64,000 nucleotides of DNA from Schizochytrium sp. TIO01 (lineage: Eukaryota > Protista > Bigyra: Labyrinthulomycetes). The position numbers and the translations under genes are program-made. Below, piece by piece: positions 20,879 through 31,567 of the stretch; within the stretch, counting starts at the first letter, position 1; each line of letters begins with the position of its first letter. The stretch spans positions 4,812,747-4,876,746 of the forward strand of contig SMSO01000037.1 in assembly GCA_004764695.1 (NCBI GenBank). The letters are read 5' to 3'. Under the pieces are notes generated by a model. It searched no databases. It saw nothing but the letters and a program-made list of their open reading frames with translations, and was not told the DNA's origin.

Positions 20879-22021
20879 ATGAACATCTTCGCTTCGAAAA
20901 GGTGGAAAAAGGTGCTCCTTCTAACCTCTCTAGTGACTGTTCTCGTTGGATACTTCCTCGGAACACAGAATGAAGGCCTGCCCTCTGATGCCAAATCGCT
21001 CTCATACATGACACTGTACGGCCTTAAATCTTATTGGGAGGATAAGGGAAGCATCCAGATGTTGCAAAAGGACTTATTACAGCGTCATCAACCTCTTCGG
21101 GGGAAGTTAGCACTGGTTACAGGTGCAACAAAAGGTTTGGGCCGTGGGATTGCTGCACAACTTCATGCACTAGGAGCAGACCTAATTCTTCCTTGCCGAA
21201 GTATTCCGGCCGGCCTTGCTCGCCGTGTAGAGCTAGACTCTGACGAACTTTACAGACAGAATGGACTCGCGGTACCCTCTAGCGAGCACCCTACTGTTCT
21301 TCCAGTAATTATGGATCTTAGCGACCTTAATTCCATTGATAAAGGTCTCATTGACATTGAATTGAACGTAAAGGATCGTCCCATTGAAATCCTTGTTAGC
21401 AATGCTGGCCTTATTGTCAAAGACGATGTCCGTTCACCACAGGGGTTCGAGCTCATTTTCGCAGTGAATTTCCTAGGTGCAGCATATTTGACCTCAGAGC
21501 TGAAAGACAAATCAATTCTTCGTGCTGGGCCTAGCGGCGAACCTGCTGTTGTCGTTTCAGTATCCTCTGGTGAGCACCGAGCTTGGAAATCTCTGAACCA
21601 AACAGGCCTGCCATTTGGAACACCATTCTCAAATGGTATTTCAGATGTTTTTCATCGGTACGCATACAGTAAACTTGCGATTACTACTTGGATGCTGGCA
21701 TTTGCGAACAAACACCCTGAACTTCGTGTGCTTGATTTGTGTCCTGGGCCAGTAGGATCGGAGATTGCAGGTAAAAACGGAATGCTTGGACAGGTTGTAG
21801 TCCCCATTATGCAGGCTACATTGCCCTCTATCTTCCACTCAGCAATCTTCATCATTCGACTAATCACTGAAGCAGAGTTCCAACATGTATCTGGACGGCA
21901 CTACCATATGTCCAAGGACTTTAACGCTCGAAGTGATGCTCTCGATCCTTCAATCCAAGACTGGGTATACAAACAAACAACAGCTCTATTTTCAGCCCGT
22001 GCTCCTCCTTCAATTCCTTGA
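20879..22021 (+). CDS. Short-chain dehydrogenase/reductase, retinol dehydrogenase/WWOX-like
   Basis: ALVTGATKGLG (TGxxxGxG), MDLSDL, LVSNAG, GFELIFAVNFLG, VSVSSGEH, catalytic YAYSK (YxxxK), CPGPV. N-terminal membrane anchor. Confidence 0.9.
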   Translation: MNIFASKRWKKVLLLTSLVTVLVGYFLGTQNEGLPSDAKSLSYMTLYGLKSYWEDKGSIQMLQKDLLQRHQPLRGKLALVTGATKGLGRGIAAQLHALGADLILPCRSIPAGLARRVELDSDELYRQNGLAVPSSEHPTVLPVIMDLSDLNSIDKGLIDIELNVKDRPIEILVSNAGLIVKDDVRSPQGFELIFAVNFLGAAYLTSELKDKSILRAGPSGEPAVVVSVSSGEHRAWKSLNQTGLPFGTPFSNGISDVFHRYAYSKLAITTWMLAFANKHPELRVLDLCPGPVGSEIAGKNGMLGQVVVPIMQATLPSIFHSAIFIIRLITEAEFQHVSGRHYHMSKDFNARSDALDPSIQDWVYKQTTALFSARAPPSIP

Positions 22022-22865
22022 AATTCTGAAGATAACTACCTTAAATTATAAAATTGCTGTTATATGACTGGATTCAATTTGTTATCTGGATTTAACCACC
22101 TCTCTACTTCGACAAGCATGACACAGTGAAAAGGTAATACTAGATTCTTCCGTAGTTCTAGTACACCCAGCCCAATTTGCCCCATGAAGAATCAAATTAT
22201 ATAAGAGGCTTCTACAAATATCTTGCTCGCAAGAACTAGCTTTTTAATTTGCAAAATGCTCATATACACCATCTAACGGGATACCCAATACTCCTGTACA
22301 CACTCCCTATACAAACTACCAAACATATAAGTTTCTCATCAAATTTATCATCATTCCCACAATCATAGCCTATGTCCAACTAAGCTGAAGCAAGACAGCT
22401 CTTTCAGTTTCCAACACATGGCATTACCAGAGCCCATCCTTATCCATTTTCCTCGCTTTGACTAAGTCTAGCTAGTATGGTCCCCTGGGACTCTGGTGAC
22501 TGGTGCTGCCCATTCTAAATATCTGTTAGGCTAATAGGATCCGTTGAAACCTATGAGTTGATATATATTATTAAATAAGAAAAGACGTCAAGAGCAAAAC
22601 TAGAGTACTCAGAGCATGCCCATAAACCTTGCGTAGCCAGCAAAAGTTGATATTCGTGGCAAATATCAAATTTTCTACATACGCAAAACTCGCTTTCTGC
22701 ACGGTTAGCTCTGCATGGCTGAGCTACGAGTGTGTAAGCCTTGTTTCGCCATAGACTGACACCTTGCCAACCCAAGACGCTGAGCGATTGAAGCTTGCCA
22801 AGACTTGAAAACTTCACTCCAAACGTCTAAAAGAATATAATATCTATCCCTCGCATATTTTTTTC

Positions 22866-25448
22866 ATGAAATCCACCATGATTGAAGACAAATTGATTAC
22901 GGCGCACGAAATGGTAATGGATGAGCTCCGCAATCGTGACCAGGGCAAAGTTTTTCAAGCAGTGGCTTCTATAGAAATGCGACTATGTAGTCATAACAAT
23001 CCTTCTACAGACGCACCTAGCAGTTTTCAACAGACTAATGAAATGTCTGAGGAGACATCAATGAAAAATGAGACTGCTGCCCTTGAAGGGGACCTTTCTC
23101 CGACAGAAATATCAAGCTGGGAGCGCCATGAGACCGAAGAAGGCTTTGAATACTGGTACAACTCAGTTTCGGGCCAGTCTCAATGGGAGAAACCTGCTTT
23201 AATGAAAGATATTACAAAGTCTGAGGTTATTGGAGATCATGATGCTGATCGAACAGCTAACGATTCAACCTCGCAAAATCTTAACGTTGCGCCAGCCACA
23301 ATCTCAGATTCTGAAAATGATTATGCACAAAGGGCTCGTCTACAAGCATTGAAGGTTATTATAATGGTGCATGACGCTGTGAGGCGTGATGCCACCGAAG
23401 ATGTTCGTGGCATCGTACTAGCTGGCATCGATATTAATGCAAGGGACGAGGATGGTCTCACTCCAATGTTCCATGCAAGGTCTCAGACCATGGTTAAACT
23501 TCTCCTTGAACTTGGCGCAACTGTTAACAATGTTGAAGAAGGTTCCGGACAAAGTGTACTTCATCACTTTGTCAAAAATGGCCGTCTTGACCCCCTCCGA
23601 GCGCTTATAGAAGCACTCATGGACTCACAATCTCGAATTCCACTTGAATGCGGCCTTCTCGATAATTCTATGGAGACCCCCTTGCATACTGGTGCACGGT
23701 GTGGACTTCCTGCCAAAGCATGTCTTTCACACCTTGTTGGTTTAAAATATGTTGACAATAATCAGGAAGCAGATGGATATATTGCTGACCTACGTAATAA
23801 GGATGGAAAGCGAGCAGAGGATCTTGATGAAGATGGCTCGCTTGCAAATGTCTTTGAAATATTCACGAAACAGAAAGATGCTAGAGTTATCGAGGAATGT
23901 CACCAGCAGCTTAAAATATATGAATGGGAACTACAGAAGGCTAATAGAAGTCGTGATGAATGGGAAGCAAAGGCAGTGTCTGCGATCGCTGAGCAGGAGC
24001 GACTTCGTGAGGAGAATACTCAACTTCGTGAGGAGAATACTCGACTTGGTGAAAGTATAGCGGCGTATGAATATTATCAAACAGGCAATCAATATTACAC
24101 GGGTCCAGGGGGCTCTGCTGATCAGTCTGGCCCTGATATTTACTCAACAGCATACAGTGAGCAAGAAGAGAGCTTTGGAAACAACACGACAAATTCGTAC
24201 TATTCTTCATATGCCCAATATCAAGCAAATCCTGAAACTGGGACTATTCAGCAACCTGTAAATGACGAGGATACTTGGCATCAGACGAATCTTGATGACA
24301 CGAGACAGCTCCTACGTCCAGAAACTGATGAAAAAGCGTCTCCACCCACTTTGCATGAATCTGGTATTGGCCACACGCAATATAGCGAGGAGCCTGTCAC
24401 TCAAAAAATTTCAGCAGAAAAGGTAGGCAAAGTCTGGGCGAAGTTCTTTGAACGAGCTGCCAAAGCATCCCTGAGCCGTAACAATGGTCAAGAACAGAAT
24501 TATGTTGAGACTTTCCATCAAACAGCTGAAAATATGCTTGCAGATGCGATTGACGATGCAGACCCTGATTCTGCGCTTGATGCAATGATACAAGGTGCCA
24601 ATCTCGAAGATCTCGGGGACGGGTCGATGTTACATCGATGCTGTGGGCAAGACGTTGGTGCGAGCAAAACACTGCAACGAAAACTTGTAGAAATTGCGAG
24701 CTTGCTTATGGAGTATGGAGCAGACCCTGAGCAAGCTGACTCGCAAGGTACTACTCCTTTACACGTTGCCTGCTTAGCAGGCAATTCTCTCTTGGTGCAG
24801 TTTCTTTTACAAAGCGCTGTTTCTCCTCACTCTGTGGATGAAAATGGGGATTCTCCGCTACATTGTGCTGCTGTTGGTATCACCAAAGGGCATTTCAAAT
24901 GTGTCCAGCTTCTCGCACAATACGGAGCTAACTTGACATGTCAAAACACACAAGGGAACACTGCTCTTGATTGTGCTCGTCTACAGTTAGTCATGATCGA
25001 TGAGCCGCCCAAAGCACTGCGTCAAACAGTTGACCTGCTCGACCAACTGGTGACTATAGCAGGAGACGAGCCCAATCCTCTGCAAGGTGAGATCCAATCC
25101 GCTAATCCGTATCGTGTAGCAAACATTAGAGATGCCTACGCACGTGTCCCCCAGTCTGTGTCTGGATCCGATGATCAACTCAGACACGAGACGAATGAAC
25201 TTAATTTAGATACAGGCAGCATGGATCAAGATCAGATTGTTGAGGAGGATGGATGGCTTACGAATATTTTTGGTAGAGTACTCCCTTTGATACGACAGCC
25301 GCCTGGTTCTCCTGCAAATAGATCACGCCATGAAAATGACCCGGGCAAAGAATCTAGCTCAAAGCTGAACCTGTCAAGACCTCCCACGGATCGCCAGCTT
25401 GCAATGATGGACGTGACTACAGAAACCACCTCAGCTAAAGAACCGTAA
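22866..25448 (+). CDS. WW-domain plus ankyrin-repeat protein with a central coiled coil
   Basis: WW: SSWERHETEEGFEYWYNSVSGQSQWEKP. Ankyrin repeats: GIDINARDEDGLTPM, GQSVLH, ETPLH, GTTPLHVAC, GDSPLHCAA, GNTALDCA. Heptad region LREENTQLREENTRL. Confidence 0.85.
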   Translation: MKSTMIEDKLITAHEMVMDELRNRDQGKVFQAVASIEMRLCSHNNPSTDAPSSFQQTNEMSEETSMKNETAALEGDLSPTEISSWERHETEEGFEYWYNSVSGQSQWEKPALMKDITKSEVIGDHDADRTANDSTSQNLNVAPATISDSENDYAQRARLQALKVIIMVHDAVRRDATEDVRGIVLAGIDINARDEDGLTPMFHARSQTMVKLLLELGATVNNVEEGSGQSVLHHFVKNGRLDPLRALIEALMDSQSRIPLECGLLDNSMETPLHTGARCGLPAKACLSHLVGLKYVDNNQEADGYIADLRNKDGKRAEDLDEDGSLANVFEIFTKQKDARVIEECHQQLKIYEWELQKANRSRDEWEAKAVSAIAEQERLREENTQLREENTRLGESIAAYEYYQTGNQYYTGPGGSADQSGPDIYSTAYSEQEESFGNNTTNSYYSSYAQYQANPETGTIQQPVNDEDTWHQTNLDDTRQLLRPETDEKASPPTLHESGIGHTQYSEEPVTQKISAEKVGKVWAKFFERAAKASLSRNNGQEQNYVETFHQTAENMLADAIDDADPDSALDAMIQGANLEDLGDGSMLHRCCGQDVGASKTLQRKLVEIASLLMEYGADPEQADSQGTTPLHVACLAGNSLLVQFLLQSAVSPHSVDENGDSPLHCAAVGITKGHFKCVQLLAQYGANLTCQNTQGNTALDCARLQLVMIDEPPKALRQTVDLLDQLVTIAGDEPNPLQGEIQSANPYRVANIRDAYARVPQSVSGSDDQLRHETNELNLDTGSMDQDQIVEEDGWLTNIFGRVLPLIRQPPGSPANRSRHENDPGKESSSKLNLSRPPTDRQLAMMDVTTETTSAKEP

Positions 25449-26572
25449 GCCTAGAGATAAAAACCAAGAAAGACAGGGGTAGTTATGGTATTTTGGATAA
25501 GCACAAAAAAATCAAGAAAACGAAGGTGCCAAGCTCAAATCAACGATCGAAGGCATATTCATGACTTGCATCTTCTCTTGAGGACTGGAAGATGGTAACA
25601 TAATACACGTGGAGCTAGATAACAGAACAACCTAAAATGTGATATAAAAGGAACATCAGGATACTACAAATATCCAGTGTTCTCGAGGAATTGTGTGACA
25701 ACTTAACATTAAAAAATCTCCTACAAGTATGATCTTGGAAATCCTCGACTGTTTTCTATCATGGTCAAACGATGAATCGTATCTCCAGTGTAGGTGGAAA
25801 GAATCATCAATGTCTCTTGACTCGACGAGATACCTTTGAAGGGAAGGAATCAAGGTCTTCTTCCTTGGTATCGAAGAGGGTATTTCGAGAGAAAAAGAAG
25901 AAATTTGTTTCGAAATTGAAGTTCAGGAAACTACCTGGCAGTCCAAGAAAGATCCTCCATCGTAAAAACTAGTTTTCCTTTATTTTGTTTTAGCCTACTT
26001 TCAAAGAGCTTTTGCAGTAAGAGAGAATTCTAGGTTGTCCATGCGCAAATGCAAAGATTAATTTGGGCTTAAGTTGAAACTACTACCAGGAAAGAGCACT
26101 CTGAGCCGTGCTCAAACAAGCGTATCTCTTCAAGTTAACCTGATGAGTATGTAGATGGCGCTTTTAGGTTCCTGTCGGTAGTGCAAGTTGAGTACTATTC
26201 TGAGCATCGTTGGTCTGGACGGATCAAGGATGCGCTATTTTTTTCCGTCACAAATGAAAAGCTTTATTTTTCAAGCTGCATGTGCACATACAGGTAAATC
26301 TGGGATTCTGTTAGCGTGTACAGAACAAAGGAGAAATAAAGGGTTTCTTTGCATCCCAAGACGCCGTCTAATATCGGGCGAAAGTCTTCCACTAGGTTTA
26401 TTCATGGAGTTTTGGGGAGAGTTCTAGTTGCTTCTAGGAAATTGCATGAGAGAATTGACAGCCAATTGGTGCAAGCAAAACAAAAGCATTATGAAGAAAC
26501 AAAAGCATTAACGACGCTCTGCCTCATCAACTAAATTTAATTTTCAATAATTGAGGGGATGCTACACTTAGT

Positions 26573-29500
26573 CTAGGCGCTCTTTCGACGCTTTTTTGAG
26601 ATCAGAGTTGGTGCATTGGATGAGCGTTGTGGAGTTCTACGTTTGCTCGCTGCTCGCGTGGTAGTCACTCTGTCTTCAACATCAAACTCTTCATCACTAT
26701 CTTCTGGTTGAAAATCACTCTCCGCATCGATAAAATCTTCATCAGAATCAGAATGATTGTCAACCCCCTTGATAGACTTGCTGTTTTGGGAAAACTTCTC
26801 TCCAAAGAAGACAGCACGGTCGTGCTCAATATGATCGAGGAAACTCTCCAGCGGCGGAGTTCTTTTACCAAAGGGCATGAGACGTCGTCTAGCAACTTTG
26901 ATGCTCTTTGATTTATCACCAGTGGTGCCTAAAAGAAAGTCTTCACTGCCACGAACAAACTTATCTGGCACGAAAACAACATACTTGCGTTTGTTGCCAT
27001 ATTTCACTAGATATGGGGATCCAAGTTTTACTTCCACTTCAATCTCAGATTGAATACTAGCAATATCCGATGAGGCGTCTGATGAAGAGGCCTTTGAAGA
27101 GTTGTTACCAGACTGCTCCAAATTAGAGCTTGGCACACTACTGCTTGAGACCATGTCCACAATGAATGGGGGCTCTTGTGTGTGGGAAGTGCGTGTCGTT
27201 GGCACAATCGAATCATCAGATTTGTCAAGGATGAGTGTTGATGGAGACTGAGATGATTGTCTCAAGGCTTGCCCTGGAGGATTGGAGGGCTCAGGATTTA
27301 CCATCGATTGTGAATCTACCATTGCAGTTGACTCTAGTTTAGGCCTTTTCCTTACGTCACTGATAACATCTTTAAGACGATGAAACTCACGTTCAGGGTT
27401 TTCAAGCCAATTGGCAGGCCAAACTTGGAAAAACTCATAGCCGAGCCTTTCTAACAATGATTTTCTGTAGATACTCTGTCGATAATTGTCGAACGAGTTA
27501 CATTGAATAACCAAGGTACGCTGGTTACCCAATCGCACAAGAATACCCTGGAGGAGTGTGTTGGCGTCCGTTACTCGATCAATCTTAGTTGATCGGAAAT
27601 GATCCTTTCGGACAAGTGCATTGTAGATCACAGCCTCTAGTGAAGCATTAGCGGAGGAAAGCTTATTCGCAGATATTGTTTCGTCCACAGAGAATTCTCT
27701 GAGAACTGTGCGCACACGTTTTTCATCACCGTTACTGACAGCATGTGCATAAGAGAGATAGCCAAATAACATGGACTTGCCACTGAGCATGCCTCCCTCA
27801 TCAAGTTCACGCTCTGGCGAGAGATACTCAACTTCAGGAATACTTGTCACAATATGTACCTTTTCTTTGGCTCGTGAGAAGAGAACATTCAAGTAGCGAT
27901 AACCAACTCCAGCAAACGCAATTCGTCCAAAGCGCTTCTCAAATACTCCGCGAGCATTGGGCCCGAAGGTGGTTCCTACAATAAGAGTGTCAACTTCGTC
28001 ACCTTGTAAATTCTCAAGGTTTTTCACAAAAAATTGTTGCTTATTCTGCAATGTGCGTAGCTGCTGCAGAAAGACTCGGTCAGGGTGATGCTTGATGACC
28101 TTGAGGATCTGCTTTTTTTGAGCTTCATTGAAAGTTGCAACTGCGATAGAACTATTTATGACCTGCTTTGCAACGATTCTTCGCAATAACTCGGTGATCT
28201 CCTCAGCTTCAGTGACATTTTGCTGGTCTTTATATTTACCACTAACTTGCTTCAGTTTAATGGCTGGATCATCAGAACTAGACGCTGGACGCTCAGGGCA
28301 CAAGGCTAAGGTTGGGTAAATTGCGGCGCAGTGAAACCTCATCAAATCAGGGTTCAGGCTTCGGTAGTGAAAGCACAAATCAACTGAGCGAAAGGAAAAT
28401 GAGTGATCCTTGGCATAGTCCAAAAGGGATTCAGCGTTAGCGGCGTTACGACGGCTTCGAAGAGCTTGCGTTTTACTTGCTGAAGAGGCAGGAATGCGAG
28501 GATTGCGCTCTTCACCATCAAAATCATGAAAGAGAAAGTCATCGTCGATAGGATCAGAATCAGGAACGTCTGGCATACCATCTCCTGCACCACTGAACAA
28601 AGTCGTTGGTGGCATTTGCTTATTGTCACCAGCAATAATAACTTTCCTTCCTTTTAATAGGGAAGCATACGCGTCGTGAGTAAGGCTCTGCGAGGCTTCA
28701 TCGAAGATCACAAGGTCAAACAGTTGGGCTTTGCCCTTGAACAACGTGCTTGCCACCTCTGGAGTGCAAAAAAGGATGGGGAAACAACCACAAAAGAGCG
28801 CTGCGTCGCCAACAAGCTCTCGTAGTGAGTTGACTTGGATATTTTTGGCCTTGCGGTTAAAGAACTGTTCGAAGCGCTGACGACCGTGGGACTCAAAAAT
28901 CTTGATACTATTCGCCATTGCCTTGGCTTGGCGGATGCAAAACAGCATTTGGACCATCCGTTGAATCTGAGTCAACGCATCGCTAAGATGATCCAAAACA
29001 AAATCAGAGGTAATAAGTTCCCGGCATGTTGGCTCCACCTCTTTGACTAGAACGCACAGCTTCACTCTGTCTCCCCAAGTGAGGGTATCTAACTTTCCAG
29101 CTTCAAGAAAGTCGGTAAAGAAGCTTTCATTTTGAACGAGGCCAAAATCTAGCAAAGTTTGAATAGATTCTGCACACTGGCGCCAGCGTCCCGTATTCTC
29201 ACTGTTGTAAGGTTTCAGGATTTTTTCAATCGACCAGTATGCATCGTTGTTGTTAGTTAGTTCTAAACAAGGATCAAAGGCTCTTATCGCGGGCTTAGTG
29301 CTAAAGGGACTTTGTATGATCGCATCCTTCATTTTCTCATTGACTTCCTTGTACTCCATAAAACCTTTCGCACGAACTTCATAAAATTCTTTCCATGCCT
29401 CAGAGGAGCTCTTACTTGTCACCTCTAATAAATACACCGCGGTTTTTTCGTGCATTTTTTTACTCCACTTAACAATACGATCAATATTTGAAAGTGTAAA

Positions 29501-31567
29501 GTTCGTTGGGAGTTGGGCGTCAGCGATAGGGTTGCCCCTTTTCTTCCGTGCAGAACCATTCTCATCATCATTACTCGCAGCTTTCGCAACCTCATGTTTA
29601 ATTGAATCTTCAATACGTTTCAAAGCCATGCGAAAATAGCGCAGACGCGTCTGAACAGGTGTAAAAAACAGAGATGAGATTCGATCAAACCATGATGGGG
29701 TATCTGAGCGTTGAATATCTTCGTTGGGGATATCCTTTAGACAAACTCCTATAGCTTGAAGTTCTTCGGCAAAGTTCTCCCAGGTAGCCAGTTTTTGGTT
29801 AAGTTCTTCAATAAATTCATGCTTGGCTTTTTCAAGAATCAAGTCTCGTTCATCGAGTTTGTGTTTGATGTCGCTCAGCAGAGTTTCCATCTGACTTTGA
29901 ATATTGTCTGGGTTGAAATAATCAGACTTAAATCTCGTAAAGTTCAATAATGAGAGTGCTTGGAGGAATTCACGCGGAAGGTTCTTTTGGCAACGATCAA
30001 TGCGCATCAGATGATCTTGCGCAAATACGCGGCCAATAAATTGTGCACCCTCTGGAGGGGTAAGGACCGTTGCACCATTGAGTTTGCGTTGAATAATGAA
30101 TGCAATCGCCTCTTGCACTGTCATATTAAAGGATACCAACCTGTTATTCACTTCACAGTGTTGAGTAAACTTGTGTTCCTCATTTGCAATGTCGGTCTCA
30201 AGACGACGGATATCTTTTAGAATTTTGTTTTCTTCTCGATCGTATTGCTCCAGAGGAATGGCATCAACATCAACACGATTCTCTCTAGCACGTTGGACTA
30301 GGGCTTCTCGGTCTTGTACATTGGTAATGAGCGCCGTAAATTTGTCACCTGTCCACCCGTTCCAGGAAAGTTCGGCAAGCTTTCGTTGTAAAATTTCAAG
30401 CGGGGTCTTTTTTTCGCAAACCACTAGAACCTTGAGATTATTTGCGCCTGCACAGGAAATGACCGAAGCGAGAGTTTGCGACTTTCCAGTACCTGGAGGA
30501 CCATTAATGACTAAATTACGGTTTTCAGCGAGCTGTCGAATGGCCTCAAACTGGCTTGGGTCTAGTGCTAAGCCGCCATGTAAAATATTGAAAGAGCCTC
30601 TGGCGCCGCTAATAACCGGTCCAGTTCCTATGGAAAGTTTGCGTTGTTTCTGGTAGGCACGAAGGTCCTTGAGAATTGTGTTATTTCCAGTTTTGAAAAG
30701 TGCTAGTACAGCTGCCCAAACTACCCGGCACACAACACGAGTAGACCCCGAGCTCGAAGTTGAACTGTGTGTGTTTGCTTTGGTAGTCTTTGGGGCCGCT
30801 GGGAGTTCTTGCGGAAATTTCCTATCCAAGGGGTCCATGACTCGCCTCAACGCCTCACTGATGTCTTCCCGACCCGAAAAAATATTCTTTCGCGCCGCAG
30901 GTAAGAGAGAGAGAATAATGTTTTCCACGTCTACGTCATTGAACATATCTTTATCAGCATATCGGCGGCCCTGCTTTAGGTCAAGCTCTGCCTCTGTGAG
31001 TAAAAATTGATAGAGAGCATCGTTTATCTCTGCAGGATCTGAAAAATCCCGGCTAATCATTGTGCGCCCATTGACGGAGTCTAGGCGGACTTTCCACAAG
31101 ACGAGTGGACAGAGATATGTGCGACCTGTCTTCTCATCGAAACATTCAATTTGGGGAAATCCAAGCCGAAGAAGATCGACACCATAATCTTTCCTCTCCT
31201 CTTTGGTACGTTGGAGGAGTCCTTCAAGTTGGCGGACTGCTTGCTGAGCAGATGCGGACTTGGCAGAGCTTGGTTTAGCGGATATTTTCAAGTTGAATTC
31301 ACTTGTTGATAGTAAGCCACGCATGACATGTGTAGCAAGGTCAACTTTCACTAGCGACCCATCAAGAGTTTCGTGTGAGCTCTCTATATCAGGCCAATGT
31401 TTGAGATTGGTGAGGTCGAATTTGGTGGATGATTTATCTTCTGCATAGCAGCGCATGAAGTTGGATTGCTTAGTATCTCCACGAAGCTTAGCAATCAGTT
31501 GCTCAACGAAGGCATTTTCGTCAATTTCTCGCATGCTGATTGCACTGGACATTTCAGCCCTGCTCAT
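26573..31567 (-). CDS. DUF4011 - superfamily 1 (Upf1-like, AAA_11/AAA_12) helicase - degenerate Vsr/DUF559-like nuclease fusion; prokaryotic Hhe-type architecture
   Basis: 1664-aa uninterrupted ORF. DUF4011-like N-terminus (EERKDYGVDLLRLGFP...CPLVLWKVRL...AEINDAL). Helicase motifs: LDPSQ (Q), VINGPPGTGKSQT (I), VLVVCEK (Ia), FDLVIFDEASQ (II), AGDNKQMPPT (III), ESLLD, HYRS, VATFNEAQ, FFVKNLENLQGDE (V), YLNVLFSRAK (VI). Then VIQCNS...RKSLLERLGYEFFQVWPANWLENPEREF, the Vsr-like C-terminal signature. Confidence 0.88.
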   Translation of the reverse strand: MSRAEMSSAISMREIDENAFVEQLIAKLRGDTKQSNFMRCYAEDKSSTKFDLTNLKHWPDIESSHETLDGSLVKVDLATHVMRGLLSTSEFNLKISAKPSSAKSASAQQAVRQLEGLLQRTKEERKDYGVDLLRLGFPQIECFDEKTGRTYLCPLVLWKVRLDSVNGRTMISRDFSDPAEINDALYQFLLTEAELDLKQGRRYADKDMFNDVDVENIILSLLPAARKNIFSGREDISEALRRVMDPLDRKFPQELPAAPKTTKANTHSSTSSSGSTRVVCRVVWAAVLALFKTGNNTILKDLRAYQKQRKLSIGTGPVISGARGSFNILHGGLALDPSQFEAIRQLAENRNLVINGPPGTGKSQTLASVISCAGANNLKVLVVCEKKTPLEILQRKLAELSWNGWTGDKFTALITNVQDREALVQRARENRVDVDAIPLEQYDREENKILKDIRRLETDIANEEHKFTQHCEVNNRLVSFNMTVQEAIAFIIQRKLNGATVLTPPEGAQFIGRVFAQDHLMRIDRCQKNLPREFLQALSLLNFTRFKSDYFNPDNIQSQMETLLSDIKHKLDERDLILEKAKHEFIEELNQKLATWENFAEELQAIGVCLKDIPNEDIQRSDTPSWFDRISSLFFTPVQTRLRYFRMALKRIEDSIKHEVAKAASNDDENGSARKKRGNPIADAQLPTNFTLSNIDRIVKWSKKMHEKTAVYLLEVTSKSSSEAWKEFYEVRAKGFMEYKEVNEKMKDAIIQSPFSTKPAIRAFDPCLELTNNNDAYWSIEKILKPYNSENTGRWRQCAESIQTLLDFGLVQNESFFTDFLEAGKLDTLTWGDRVKLCVLVKEVEPTCRELITSDFVLDHLSDALTQIQRMVQMLFCIRQAKAMANSIKIFESHGRQRFEQFFNRKAKNIQVNSLRELVGDAALFCGCFPILFCTPEVASTLFKGKAQLFDLVIFDEASQSLTHDAYASLLKGRKVIIAGDNKQMPPTTLFSGAGDGMPDVPDSDPIDDDFLFHDFDGEERNPRIPASSASKTQALRSRRNAANAESLLDYAKDHSFSFRSVDLCFHYRSLNPDLMRFHCAAIYPTLALCPERPASSSDDPAIKLKQVSGKYKDQQNVTEAEEITELLRRIVAKQVINSSIAVATFNEAQKKQILKVIKHHPDRVFLQQLRTLQNKQQFFVKNLENLQGDEVDTLIVGTTFGPNARGVFEKRFGRIAFAGVGYRYLNVLFSRAKEKVHIVTSIPEVEYLSPERELDEGGMLSGKSMLFGYLSYAHAVSNGDEKRVRTVLREFSVDETISANKLSSANASLEAVIYNALVRKDHFRSTKIDRVTDANTLLQGILVRLGNQRTLVIQCNSFDNYRQSIYRKSLLERLGYEFFQVWPANWLENPEREFHRLKDVISDVRKRPKLESTAMVDSQSMVNPEPSNPPGQALRQSSQSPSTLILDKSDDSIVPTTRTSHTQEPPFIVDMVSSSSVPSSNLEQSGNNSSKASSSDASSDIASIQSEIEVEVKLGSPYLVKYGNKRKYVVFVPDKFVRGSEDFLLGTTGDKSKSIKVARRRLMPFGKRTPPLESFLDHIEHDRAVFFGEKFSQNSKSIKGVDNHSDSDEDFIDAESDFQPEDSDEEFDVEDRVTTTRAASKRRTPQRSSNAPTLISKKRRKSA

